A stretch of 64,000 bases of DNA from positions 10,531 to 74,530 of the forward strand of contig JBBRNB010000006.1 in the NCBI GenBank assembly GCA_038230535.1, in the 5' to 3' direction. The notes below the pieces were generated by a model. The model had not been told where the DNA came from and ran no database searches. It was given only the letters and a program-made list of their open reading frames with translations. Source of the stretch: Thermoanaerobaculia bacterium. GTDB lineage: Bacteria; Acidobacteriota; Thermoanaerobaculia; Gp7-AA8. This document shows positions 16,296-25,318 of the stretch, piece after piece; position 1 is the stretch's first letter, and each line of letters begins with the position of its first letter. A program made the position numbers and the translations under genes.

Positions 16296-16816
16296 GATTT
16301 CCACTGCTCCTGGAGCTGTTTCCTGGTGGAGAAGAGAATCCACTTGGAGTTCCCTTCAGTGATGTCGAGGATCCCGGCGATCTCGGCGTGGCTGAGGCCC
16401 TCGATCTCGAAGAGGGCGAAGACGGTGCGGCGCTGTTCGGGAAGCTCGGCGAGCATTTTGCGCAGGGCCATGCGCTTGACGTCGTCGACCGCGTTCGCGG
16501 CGCGGCCGGCGGCCAGCAGGTCGTCGATCGGCGTCTCCCGGACCCTGCGGCTGCGCTTTCGCAGCATGTCGTAGCAGGTGTTGATGAGGATGCGGTACAG
16601 CCACGTGGTGAAGGCCGCCTCGCCGTTGTAGCTCGCCGCGGCCCGATGCACCTTGAGGAACGTCTCCTGCACGGCATCCTCGGCATCCGAGACGTTGCCG
16701 AGCTGGTTATACGCGATCGATTTCATCCGATCGCCATGCCGGGTGTAGATCGAGGCGAACACTTCCGAGTCGCCGGCGGCACAGGCGCGCGCCAGGCGAA
16801 GATCCTCTTCGCTCAT
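16292..16816 (-). CDS. ECF-type RNA polymerase sigma factor
   Basis: Sigma-70 region 2 (DAEDAVQETFLKVHR) and region 4 (LPEQRRTVFALFEIEGLSHAEIAGILDITEGNSK). Start taken at the ATG at 16816 (MSEEDLRLA). An alternative ATG at 16891 would add 25 aa. Confidence 0.8.
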   Translation of the reverse strand: MSEEDLRLARACAAGDSEVFASIYTRHGDRMKSIAYNQLGNVSDAEDAVQETFLKVHRAAASYNGEAAFTTWLYRILINTCYDMLRKRSRRVRETPIDDLLAAGRAANAVDDVKRMALRKMLAELPEQRRTVFALFEIEGLSHAEIAGILDITEGNSKWILFSTRKQLQEQWKS

Positions 16817-16990
16817 GCGCGGCGGCGGTTGCAGTGTGATCGTCAGGTTCACGTCCCGGGGCAAGTCTACGGCGAGGGGTGCGGCGTCCATCGGTCTGAG
16901 GGGATAGACGCCGGGGAGGAGGGGAAGTTAGAGCTCGTCGGTTCGGGTACACTGGCTTTAGATGGAAGGACCTCATGGTCGAACCCTGTA

Positions 16991-17260
16991 TTGGCGAACC
17001 GGGAACAGATACTCAGGCTTGCGCGACGGCATGGCGTTACGGGAATCCGCGTCTTCGGATCGATGGCCCGAGGCGACGCCGGCCCTGAGAGCGACGTCGA
17101 TCTGTTGATCGAAGTCGGGGCGGAGCCGAGCGCCTGGTTTCCGGGAGGACTCGTTGCCGAGTTGGAAGAACTTCTCGGCAGGCGAGTCCAGGTCATCACG
17201 GAGCGTGGCCTTGATGAACTACAACTCATCGATCGACTTCGGCCAGTCGCTATGCAGTAG
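16991..17260 (+). CDS. nucleotidyltransferase-domain protein (MNT/antitoxin-like, solo)
   Basis: GIRVFGSMARGDAGPESDVDLLIE is the GS...D.D minimal nucleotidyltransferase motif. Only a TTG start at 16991 is available in frame. No HEPN partner gene is adjacent. Confidence 0.6.
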   Translation: MANREQILRLARRHGVTGIRVFGSMARGDAGPESDVDLLIEVGAEPSAWFPGGLVAELEELLGRRVQVITERGLDELQLIDRLRPVAMQ

Positions 17261-18100
17261 CCGCGACAACGCCCGATCGGCGAGCAGCTTCCCACCCGTC
17301 TGACATCGAGCGCAGTAGTTCGTCTCGTTCTCGGAGTAGACGATGTGCTGCACGTGGGTGCCGCAGTCGGGGCAGGGTTTGCCGTAGCGGCCGTGGACGG
17401 CGAAGTCGGGGCGGAAGGCGGTGACTTTTTCCGGGAAGCGCTCGATGGCCTCGGCGCGGAGGCGTTCGGTCCAGCCGATGAGCGTCTGCCGCGTGGCGTC
17501 GTAGAGGCGGGAGATCTCCTCGTCGGAGAGGTTCGTCGTCATCTGTACGGGCGAGAGGCGGGCGCGATGCAGGATTTCATCGGAGTAGGCGTTGCCGATG
17601 CCGCTGAAGACGTGGGGATCGGTGAGTGTCCGCTTGAGTGTGTGACGCTCGTGGGTGAGCGCGGCGCGGAAGTCATCGAGCGATGCATCGAGAGGCTCGA
17701 TGCCGCCGGGATCGTGAGCACTGACCGACTCTTCGCCGCGTACGATGTGAATCGACGCTCTCCGCTTCGACCCGGCTTCCGTCAGCAGGAGCGTGCCGTT
17801 GGGGAAGTCGAAGGCGGCCAGCCCCATCTTTCCGGGGAGCTTCGCGCCGGACGGCAACCATTTGAACCGGCCGGCGATCATCAGGTGGATGACGATGAAG
17901 AGATCGCCCTCGGTGGCGATGACGATCCTCTTGCCGAGGCGGCGAACGCCGGTGGCGCGTTTGCCTGCGAGATCGGACGGCGGCGGATCGACGGTACGCA
18001 GGACGAAGGGGCTGCCGAGGCGGATCTTCAGCAGAGGCTGATCGACGATCCTACTCGCGATCGATTCGACGTACACGGTCACGTCCGGCAATTCAGGCAT
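17219..18100 (-). CDS. Fpg/Nei-family DNA glycosylase/AP lyase
   Basis: MPELPDV N-terminus with the catalytic Pro2, and a C-terminal zinc finger CPDCGTHV...YCARCQ. ATG at 18100. The upstream ORF extension was discarded. Confidence 0.85.
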   Translation of the reverse strand: MPELPDVTVYVESIASRIVDQPLLKIRLGSPFVLRTVDPPPSDLAGKRATGVRRLGKRIVIATEGDLFIVIHLMIAGRFKWLPSGAKLPGKMGLAAFDFPNGTLLLTEAGSKRRASIHIVRGEESVSAHDPGGIEPLDASLDDFRAALTHERHTLKRTLTDPHVFSGIGNAYSDEILHRARLSPVQMTTNLSDEEISRLYDATRQTLIGWTERLRAEAIERFPEKVTAFRPDFAVHGRYGKPCPDCGTHVQHIVYSENETNYCARCQTGGKLLADRALSRLLHSDWPKSIDEL

Positions 18101-18137
18101 ATCGGGATTATCGCGGCTCCGTTGCTTTTTATGGAGC

Positions 18138-18731
18138 GTGCCCATGCGCAACACCCTCAGGCTACTTGTAGCCGTCGCCGGCGTAGCTATATTCGTCACT
18201 GGGCGGATCACTCCGGTGGCGCGCGCGCAGACGACCGTTGCCGGCGTGACCGCCGTCGTTCCCTTCGGCGACGATGCCATCGTCATTCCCGTCGCCGGCG
18301 TCGCGAAGAAAACCTTGCGGGGCGACTTCGACGCCATTCACAACGGGCATCGGCATCACGCCATCGATATCCTCGCTCCACGCGGTACGCCGGTACTTGC
18401 GGCGGTCGGCGGGACGATCCGGAAACTGTGGGACAGCCGCGACGGCGGGCATACGATTTACGAGTTCGACCTGGCGGGGGAGCGGAGCTACTACTACGCG
18501 CATCTCGACGGGTATGCGGACGGCCTTGTCGAAGGGATGCGCGTGCGGCAGGGCGACGTCATCGGTTATGTCGGTACGACCGGCAATGCGCCGCCAGATA
18601 CGCCGCATCTGCACTTCGCCATCACGTTGTTACCGCCGAACAAGGCGTGGTCGAAGGGCGAACCGATCGATCCGTACCCGATCCTCGTCACGCGCGGTGT
18701 GACGAGAGTGGTCGAACTTGTGGACAAGTGA
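18138..18731 (+). CDS. M23-family (LytM-type) metallopeptidase
   Basis: HxxxD...HxH signature: GHRHHAIDI...TGNAPPDTPHLHFAI. Signal/TM N-terminus. Confidence 0.85.
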   Translation: MPMRNTLRLLVAVAGVAIFVTGRITPVARAQTTVAGVTAVVPFGDDAIVIPVAGVAKKTLRGDFDAIHNGHRHHAIDILAPRGTPVLAAVGGTIRKLWDSRDGGHTIYEFDLAGERSYYYAHLDGYADGLVEGMRVRQGDVIGYVGTTGNAPPDTPHLHFAITLLPPNKAWSKGEPIDPYPILVTRGVTRVVELVDK

Positions 18732-18739
18732 CCGTTGGT

Positions 18740-18835
18740 ATTGGTCGATCAGTGGATTTAGCAGGTCTGTGGTTCAGGATCAGAAGCCCGCGATTCGATT
18801 CTGAATCAACTGATCTACGGATCTATCGGCTGAGA
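18740..18835. repeat. degenerate GATCAGTG-family hairpin
   Basis: GATCAGTGGATTTAGCAGGTCTGTGGTTCAGGATCAG...CTGAATCAACTGATCTACGGATC. Confidence 0.5.
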
Positions 18836-18847
18836 CACTCCCCGACC

Positions 18848-19711
18848 CTACGACACCCTCTTCAACGCCTCGGCTACATCCTTCTGCTTCGGATTGAGTT
18901 TGAGCGAGAGTACGAAGCTCGCCTTTGCCTCGGCCTTTTTCCCTTGCTTCTCGAAGATCTGACCGAGCCAGTAGTGTGCGCGGGCGAGGGGAGGCTCGTC
19001 TTCCTTCGGTGTGTAGGCGATGTATTTGCGGAGCATCTCTTCGCCGTGAGGGAGGTTGGTGTTGGAGAGAACGGCGAGCTGTCCGATACGGAAGGTTGCC
19101 GGCATGTAGGTGGCGTCCACCTTGAGGGCGGTCTCGAGCTCTTCACCGGCGGCTTTGTAGTTCTTCTCGGTACTCGCGTAGTACAACCCCAGGTCCAGGT
19201 GCGCGCGAGCTGATTTCGGGAACTCCCTGACTTCGTCGATGTACTCCTTCCTAACGAGGTCGGGTTTCTTCTGATGCGAGTAGATGAACGCCGCGGAGCG
19301 GTGCGCCATCATCGGATCGCGCTTGCGGATCTCGTCAACCTGTGCGAAGGCTTTGTCGTAGCTGCCGCCCATGATGCCCGGTGCGATGGTGTAGTACTCG
19401 ATAAGGCTGGAGCGGGCTTCGAGAAGGTTCGGATCGAGGGCGACGGCCTGTTCGAATTCGGACTTGGTCTTCGACGCGAGGGAAGCCTGGCTGAAGATGT
19501 TCGCCTCCTCGGCCTGCGATCCGTATGCGTTGCCGAGCCAGAGATGCGCCTCGGCGCTCTTTGGACTCTGCGCTACAGCCTTCTCGAAAAGTGACGCGGC
19601 TGTCGCGTAGTCATTCCGAGCCATGGCGGCACGGCCCTGATCGAGCAGCGAGTTTTGTGCGAACAGAGGAAGAACGATCAGCCCGGTCAGGAGGGCGAAC
19701 ATGTGGCGCAT
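18848..19711 (-). CDS. secreted TPR-repeat protein (paralog 1)
   Basis: Signal peptide plus TPR-like repeats. 287 aa and colinear with its neighbour (AHLWLGNAY, AHLDLGLYY, AHYWLGQIFEKQGKKAEAKASF). Confidence 0.8.
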   Translation of the reverse strand: MRHMFALLTGLIVLPLFAQNSLLDQGRAAMARNDYATAASLFEKAVAQSPKSAEAHLWLGNAYGSQAEEANIFSQASLASKTKSEFEQAVALDPNLLEARSSLIEYYTIAPGIMGGSYDKAFAQVDEIRKRDPMMAHRSAAFIYSHQKKPDLVRKEYIDEVREFPKSARAHLDLGLYYASTEKNYKAAGEELETALKVDATYMPATFRIGQLAVLSNTNLPHGEEMLRKYIAYTPKEDEPPLARAHYWLGQIFEKQGKKAEAKASFVLSLKLNPKQKDVAEALKRVS

Positions 19712-19753
19712 GTGAACCTCTACGCGGTTCAGGCGCCGGAGGTTTCCTCTGCG

Positions 19754-20617
19754 CTACGACACTCTCTTCAACGCTTCCGCCACATCCTTCTGATTCGGAT
19801 TGAGCTTGAGTGACGCCGCGAAGCTCGCCTTTGCCTCAGCCTTCTTTCCCTGCTTCTCGTAGATCTGGCCGAGCCAGTAGTGGGCACGGGCGAGCGGAGG
19901 ATCGTCCCCCTTCGGTGTGTAGGTGAGGTACTTGCGGAGCACCTCCTCGCCACGGGGGAAGTTCGTGCCGCTGAGAGCGGCGAGCTGTCCGATGCGGAAG
20001 AATGCTGCCATGTAGGCCGCGTCGATCTTCAGAGCGGCATCGAACTCGTCGCCGGCGGCTTTGAAGTTCTTCTCACTGTTCATGTAGAACAACCCGAGGT
20101 CGAGGTGAGCCCGTTGCGATTTCGGATTCTCCTTGACCTCGTCGAGGTATTCCTTCTTCGCCAGGTCGGGTTTCTTCTCGGAGGAGTGGACGAACGCGGC
20201 GGCGCGATGCCCCATCAGCGGGTCGCGTTTCCTGATCTCTTCCGCCTGAGCGAGCGCCTTGTCGACGCTGCCTCCCATCATGGAGGGCATGTTCGCGTAG
20301 ATTTGAACGAGCGCGTATCGAGCGTCGAGCAAGTTCGGGTCGAGCGCGACGGCCTGCTCGAACGCGTCCTTCCCTTTCGAACCGATCGAGGCGGCGCTGA
20401 ACATGCCTGCACTCTCGATCTGCAGTGCGTATGCCTTGCCGAGCCAGTAGTGCGCCTGGGCGTTCTTTGGACTCTGAGCGACGGCTTTCTCGAGTAGCGC
20501 GACCGCGCCATCTCCATCGTTCCTGGTAATTGCGGCGCGTCCCTGGTCGACGAGGGAGCTCTGAGCGAGTAGAGGTAGGACGATCAGTCCCGTGAGGACA
20601 GCGATTATCGTGCGCAT
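19754..20617 (-). CDS. secreted TPR-repeat protein (paralog 2)
   Basis: 287 aa, clearly homologous to 18848-19711 along its whole length (AHYWLGKAY, AHLDLGLFY, AHYWLGQIYEKQGKKAEAKASF). Confidence 0.8.
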   Translation of the reverse strand: MRTIIAVLTGLIVLPLLAQSSLVDQGRAAITRNDGDGAVALLEKAVAQSPKNAQAHYWLGKAYALQIESAGMFSAASIGSKGKDAFEQAVALDPNLLDARYALVQIYANMPSMMGGSVDKALAQAEEIRKRDPLMGHRAAAFVHSSEKKPDLAKKEYLDEVKENPKSQRAHLDLGLFYMNSEKNFKAAGDEFDAALKIDAAYMAAFFRIGQLAALSGTNFPRGEEVLRKYLTYTPKGDDPPLARAHYWLGQIYEKQGKKAEAKASFAASLKLNPNQKDVAEALKRVS

Positions 20618-20682
20618 GAGGAAGATTGTACGGGATTTAGGTGTGGAAGGTTTTCTCTCGGCTAGAATGCCCGGACTTTTCG

Positions 20683-22674
20683 ATGACTGAAGCGATTACT
20701 CTCGACTCTCGCCCGACCATCCCGATCTTCGACGCCGCCGCGCTGGCAACGGCGTCCGAGCGCGTGCTCGCCGAAGCCCGGCGCCGGCTGGGAGTGATCG
20801 AGCGGCTACCGCTCGAAAAGATCACGGCGCAGTCCGTGCTCGAGGCATGGGACCGGATGGCCATGGTGCTCGAGGACGCATACGGCCCGATCTCGCTCCT
20901 CAACAGCGTCCATCCTGATGCCGAGGTGCGCGATGCGGGTGACCGCGCCCTCATCGAAGAGTCCGTCTTCATGACGGATCTCTTTCAGAACGAACAGCTC
21001 TACGAACGCGTGCGCCGTGTCGAGCCGCGGACGAGCGCACAGAAGCAGTTGAAGAAAGATCTGCTGGAAGCGTTCGAGGACAGCGGTGTGGCACTGCCGT
21101 CGGAAAAGCGCCAGCGTTTCAAGGCGATCTCGGAACGCCTCACAGAGCTCTCCCAGGAGTTCAGCAAGAACATCCGCGAGAACAGAACCGTCCTCACGTT
21201 TACCCCCGAGGAGTGCCAGGGTCTGCCGCAGTCCTATCTGGAGCGGGTGGCGCGCGACGAACAGGGGAACATCGTCGTCGGCTTCGACTATCCAGACTAT
21301 GTCCCGTTCATGGCGAACGCCGCGAACGAGCAGGCGAGAAGGCGCTACTACATCGCCAATACGAACCGTGGTACGGCGCGGAACCTCGAGATTCTCGATG
21401 AGATCGTGGCGCTGAGAAAAGAGACCGGTGATCTCTACGAGGTTCCCAGTTACGCGCACTACGTCACGAAGCGCCGGATGGCCGGAGACCCCGAAACGGT
21501 GACCCGTTTTCTCGATGAGGTGAGAAATGCGGTTACCGAGGCCGAGCTGAATGACCTGCGGCAGCTCGCTGAAACGAAGGCAGAGCTGACTGGCTTGCCG
21601 GTCGAGCAGGTGCCGATCGAGCGGTGGGACGTTGTCTATTACCGCGAGCGTCTTCGGGAGAAGCGCTACGCCGTCGACCAGGAAGCGCTGCGCGAATACT
21701 TCCCGACCCTGCCGGCCGTGCATTGGATGCTGGACATTACCGAACGCCTCTACGGCATCCGCTTCAGCATGGCCAGCGTTCCCGTGTGGCACGACGACGT
21801 CATTTACTACGACGTCGATGATGTCGTCTCCGGCGAACGGATCGGCGGTATTTATCTCGATCTCTTCCCTCGCCCGGACAAGTACAAGCACGCGGCAGCA
21901 TGGCCGGTTCGCGGCGTCTCGAGCAGGGCCGGCCGCAAGCCCATCAGTGCCCTGGTCACGAATTTCAACCGGCAGGGGCTGACCCATAGCGAGCTCGAGA
22001 CGCTGCTTCACGAATTCGGGCACGTCATGCACGGCATCCTCTCCCGGACCGAATACAACCAGCATTCCGGCACGAGCGTGGAACGTGACTTCGTCGAGGC
22101 TCCGTCGCAGATGTACGAGGAGTGGGCCAGCCGCATGGAGAGCCTGGCGCTCATGCGCAACCACTGTCCGAACTGCCCGCTCATCGACGAGTCGCTCGTG
22201 CAACGGATCCGGGCGGCTGGGAAGTTTGGCTCGGGAGTCGACTACGGAAGGCAGCTTCTTTACGCCAGCTACGACATGGAACTGTGTGGATCGGGAGTCG
22301 GGAGTGGGGTATCAGGTATCGGAGATGAGCACGGTGCTTCTTCGACCCCGGACTCGCACTCCTTGAAGATCTGGAAACGGATGGAGGCCTCCACCCCCAT
22401 GGGTCACGTCGAAGGGACGGCATTTCCCGCCACCTTCGAACACATCGCCAGTGGCTATGCGGCGGGGTATTACGGTTACATGTGGGCGAAGGTGATCGCG
22501 CTCGATCTGATCTCGGCGTTCGGTCCTGACGTAATGAACGAGGCGACCGGCCTTCGTTTCCGTGAGTTGATTCTCTCGCGAGGCAGCGAGGAGCCGGCCC
22601 GCGATCTCGTTGAGCGCTTCCTCGGGCGGCCAGTTTCCAGCGAAGCATTTTTCGCGGAGATCCGCGGCGAGTAG
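20683..22674 (+). CDS. M3-family zinc metallopeptidase (oligopeptidase A / peptidyl-dipeptidase Dcp-like)
   Basis: HEFGHVMH HExxH motif with a downstream E (EAPSQMYEEW). Size is typical of M3A. Start taken at the ATG at 20683; the track start is a GTG at 20641. Confidence 0.85.
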   Translation: MTEAITLDSRPTIPIFDAAALATASERVLAEARRRLGVIERLPLEKITAQSVLEAWDRMAMVLEDAYGPISLLNSVHPDAEVRDAGDRALIEESVFMTDLFQNEQLYERVRRVEPRTSAQKQLKKDLLEAFEDSGVALPSEKRQRFKAISERLTELSQEFSKNIRENRTVLTFTPEECQGLPQSYLERVARDEQGNIVVGFDYPDYVPFMANAANEQARRRYYIANTNRGTARNLEILDEIVALRKETGDLYEVPSYAHYVTKRRMAGDPETVTRFLDEVRNAVTEAELNDLRQLAETKAELTGLPVEQVPIERWDVVYYRERLREKRYAVDQEALREYFPTLPAVHWMLDITERLYGIRFSMASVPVWHDDVIYYDVDDVVSGERIGGIYLDLFPRPDKYKHAAAWPVRGVSSRAGRKPISALVTNFNRQGLTHSELETLLHEFGHVMHGILSRTEYNQHSGTSVERDFVEAPSQMYEEWASRMESLALMRNHCPNCPLIDESLVQRIRAAGKFGSGVDYGRQLLYASYDMELCGSGVGSGVSGIGDEHGASSTPDSHSLKIWKRMEASTPMGHVEGTAFPATFEHIASGYAAGYYGYMWAKVIALDLISAFGPDVMNEATGLRFRELILSRGSEEPARDLVERFLGRPVSSEAFFAEIRGE

Positions 22675-22835
22675 ACTTATTCGCAGAAAAAGCGTATGGT
22701 GTGGGCTCTTGAGGAACCTTCCTCAACCTTCAGGCCGCCTGAGCTGAGTCAGCGCTTCTGAACATCAATCTTCTTAGCAAACTACTTTTTTCAGGCTGCT
22801 CGAAGTGTGCGGCAGAAAGAACGGGAGTCCCTCTC

Positions 22836-23108
22836 ATGAAGGTCTATTTTGGAAACCTGCCCAAGGATATCGATGACACGAAGCTCGGCGAGATCGTGAA
22901 GCCGTATGGTACCGCCACGACCGCAGAAGTCGTCAAAGACCGTGTCACCGGATCATCCAAGGGTTTTGCTTTCGTCGAGTTCGCGAATGACGACGAAGCG
23001 CGCGCAACGATCACAGCCCTTGACGGCAAGGACATGAACGGGCAGGCGGTCGTGGTGAACGAAGCGAAATCGAAGAAAGACGCGCCGAAGGCTGCCGCCT
23101 CGGCCTGA
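22836..23108 (+). CDS. RRM-domain RNA-binding protein
   Basis: RNP-2 (VYFGNL) and RNP-1 (KGFAFVEF) motifs. Confidence 0.9.
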   Translation: MKVYFGNLPKDIDDTKLGEIVKPYGTATTAEVVKDRVTGSSKGFAFVEFANDDEARATITALDGKDMNGQAVVVNEAKSKKDAPKAAASA

Positions 23109-23129
23109 TCAGAAAAGGAGCTTGTACTG

Positions 23130-23348
23130 ATGACGAACGTGTTGAAACCGAAACGCGCCCCGAAGGTTACTGTCTCTGAGACCAACATCCGGAAAGCGGC
23201 CGCGCGCCTGATGCAGAAGCCACTCGTCTCACCCGAGGTGCAGTACATCCAGCGTGTCCTCGGTGCCACAGCAACGCAGGACGCGGTCGACGAAAAAGTC
23301 CTCGCGGTCCGCAAGATGCCGTGGTCAAGCATCGTCATACCGGAGTAG
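23130..23348 (+). CDS. small hypothetical protein (72 aa)
   Basis: AAAAGGAG RBS 9 nt before the ATG at 23130. Co-directional with, and 21 bp after, the RRM gene. Confidence 0.5.
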   Translation: MTNVLKPKRAPKVTVSETNIRKAAARLMQKPLVSPEVQYIQRVLGATATQDAVDEKVLAVRKMPWSSIVIPE

Positions 23349-23351
23349 GGG

Positions 23352-23378
23352 TCAGCGGATTGCGCTGACTTCTACCTC
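23352..23378. terminator. putative bidirectional terminator between convergent genes
   Basis: GGTCAGCG-GATT-GCGCTGAC stem-loop followed by TTCT. Confidence 0.45.
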
Positions 23379-24743
23379 CGCCCCTCCTGTCGCCAGCACG
23401 TGGAGGACGATTCCGCTCGCGTCGAGCATCAGCACGCCCGGCTCGATGGTGTCGACGTGGCCGCGCATCACCACGCCAGGTGCGAGCGGCCGTGTGATGG
23501 CGCGCTCGATCTCTTCGCGGATCGAGTCGATCTGTGGAGCGACGGACCAGTGCGCCGTACTCGCCAGGCTCGCGCGCAGCTTGTCATGAGACACACGGTC
23601 AGCGATGCGGAGGAACGGGTTTCTTCGCCGCGGATCGAGCGAGTAGTCGAGGTTCTGGAGTGAGATCGTTCGCGTAGCCGGATCGAAGAACGGCGTCCCT
23701 TCCAGGAAGACCAGACCGCTGTAATGCTTCAGGAATGAGGCGTGATAGTTGATGTTCAGCTCGATCGACACGCGGCCATCAGCCGCTGCGCCGAGGCGGA
23801 TTGAATCGACCGCGATGCCCTCGTACGTGCGTTTCGCGAAGTTCTCCGTCATCAGGCGGTTGGCCTCTTCGTAGGGCAGCTCGACGTCGAACGGGATGCG
23901 GATGCCGTCGTTCGCAGCTTGAGAAACCCGTAGCGCAGGTAGAGGCTTTGGCGTCACCGGCGGCCGTTCGCCGACGACGACGCGCGTGCGAGCGCGCAGG
24001 GTGAGAGCGCTGGTGAGCGAGAGCCCCGAGCCGGCGATCGGACCGAGCGCAATGTCGAGAGGTTCCATGACCAGCCACGTTCGCGGCGCGATCTCCGTGG
24101 GGGCCTGGAGCGCCGACCAGACCTGCACCGCGGCGGGGCGGATGTTCGTCAGTTTGGGTGTGTTGGCATCGATCGTCTTGACTGTCTGCCGCAACTGCTC
24201 ATTCACGATCGGAGCGATCTTCCAGTCGGTGATATCGATGTTGGCGAAGGTCACCTGACAGCGGTTCGACGAGAAGCCGGCCGGCGACGCCCGTGTCACG
24301 GAGCGGAGGCGCCAGTTGGCATCCCATTCCAGGTGAGAAGAGAACGAGATCCAGGCGTCGCGCATCGGCTCACCGAAGCCGCACGAGATGCAGGGCCACA
24401 TCACGACGTCCTCGCTGAACGGTTTCTTTGTCCGGCGGCAGCCTTCCAGCGCGTAGTGGACCGTGGTCATGGCGTGGATGCCGCTGCCCAGTACATTGAG
24501 CGCGATCGGATCGCGCACCACCCGGTACTTCATCCCGAATTGCTTCTGTGGATCGAGCTCATACGCATCCGTCTTCGCCAGACTCTTCGGCACCTGCGAC
24601 TCCAGTTGCGGAAGGAGTGGCGCGAGCGACGCACGGATCGGAATGACGATGGTCGAGAGCTCGGGGGGCGGTGGTGGTGCTGTGGGCGGAACCGGTGCGG
24701 TGGCCGTGGCGGCAGCGACGGCTAGGAGGAGGGTTGTGAGCAT
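23352..24743 (-). CDS. secreted hypothetical protein (possibly DUF4403-like; uncertain)
   Basis: ATG at 24743 (MLTTLLLAVAAATATAP, a signal peptide). 463 aa with no catalytic motif recognised. Confidence 0.65.
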   Translation of the reverse strand: MLTTLLLAVAAATATAPVPPTAPPPPPELSTIVIPIRASLAPLLPQLESQVPKSLAKTDAYELDPQKQFGMKYRVVRDPIALNVLGSGIHAMTTVHYALEGCRRTKKPFSEDVVMWPCISCGFGEPMRDAWISFSSHLEWDANWRLRSVTRASPAGFSSNRCQVTFANIDITDWKIAPIVNEQLRQTVKTIDANTPKLTNIRPAAVQVWSALQAPTEIAPRTWLVMEPLDIALGPIAGSGLSLTSALTLRARTRVVVGERPPVTPKPLPALRVSQAANDGIRIPFDVELPYEEANRLMTENFAKRTYEGIAVDSIRLGAAADGRVSIELNINYHASFLKHYSGLVFLEGTPFFDPATRTISLQNLDYSLDPRRRNPFLRIADRVSHDKLRASLASTAHWSVAPQIDSIREEIERAITRPLAPGVVMRGHVDTIEPGVLMLDASGIVLHVLATGGAEVEVSAIR

Positions 24744-24744
24744 G

Positions 24745-24920
24745 CGGTTGTTGGGTGGGTGGCTGGGTTTTCTGGTTGCTGAGTTGCTGGGCCGCCGCCG
24801 GATTCGTTGGCGGCGAATGATAAAGTCACTTGGCAACCTGGTAGCCGGGGAACTCGGCAACCGTCGAACCCGTCAACCTGGCAACCCTTAACCCAGCAAC
24901 CCGTAACCAGTAACCACACA
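24745..24920. repeat. hairpin element of the GTTGCTGGGTTG / CAACCCAGCAAC family
   Basis: GGCTGGGTTTTCTGGTTGCTGAGTTGCTGGG ... GGCAACCTGGTAGCC...CAACCTGGCAACCCTTAACCCAGCAACCCG. Confidence 0.7.
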
Positions 24921-24924
24921 ATCC

Positions 24925-25308
24925 ATGAGCGACACAACCACACGCGGCATCCGCATCCAGGTCGAGAGCATGTACGTCGAGGAGCGTAGCGATCCGCAGG
25001 AGAGCTACTTCTTTTTTGCGTACCACGTCGTGATCTCGAACGATGGCACCGAGACAGCGCAGCTCATCAGCCGCGAGTGGGTCATCACCGACTCCGACGG
25101 GAACGTTGAGCGGGTGCAGGGGGCAGGAGTGGTCGGCGAAACGCCGGCGCTGCAACCAGGAGCGTCATTCGAGTACACCAGTTTCTGCCCGCTGCGTACA
25201 TCGATGGGATCGATGCAGGGGGGGTACATGATGCGTCTGTCGAGCGGGGAGACGTTCCAGGCGGAAATCGAGCCCTTCACTCTCGCTGTTCCGGGCGTTG
25301 TCAACTAG
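24925..25308 (+). CDS. apaG: ApaG (DUF525) protein
   Basis: IQVESMYVEERSDPQESYFFFAYHVVISNDG...VQGAGVVGETPALQPG...MQGGYMM matches ApaG along its whole length. Confidence 0.85.
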   Translation: MSDTTTRGIRIQVESMYVEERSDPQESYFFFAYHVVISNDGTETAQLISREWVITDSDGNVERVQGAGVVGETPALQPGASFEYTSFCPLRTSMGSMQGGYMMRLSSGETFQAEIEPFTLAVPGVVN

Positions 25309-25318
25309 AGGTTCAGCC

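Noticed and set aside
17345-19213. 622-aa plus-strand ORF
   Set aside because: It is antisense across the Fpg, M23 and TPR genes with no domain signature, so it is a GC-driven open frame.
20806-22203. 465-aa minus-strand ORF
   Set aside because: It is antisense to the M3 peptidase gene, whose HEFGH motif and full-length homology favour the plus strand.
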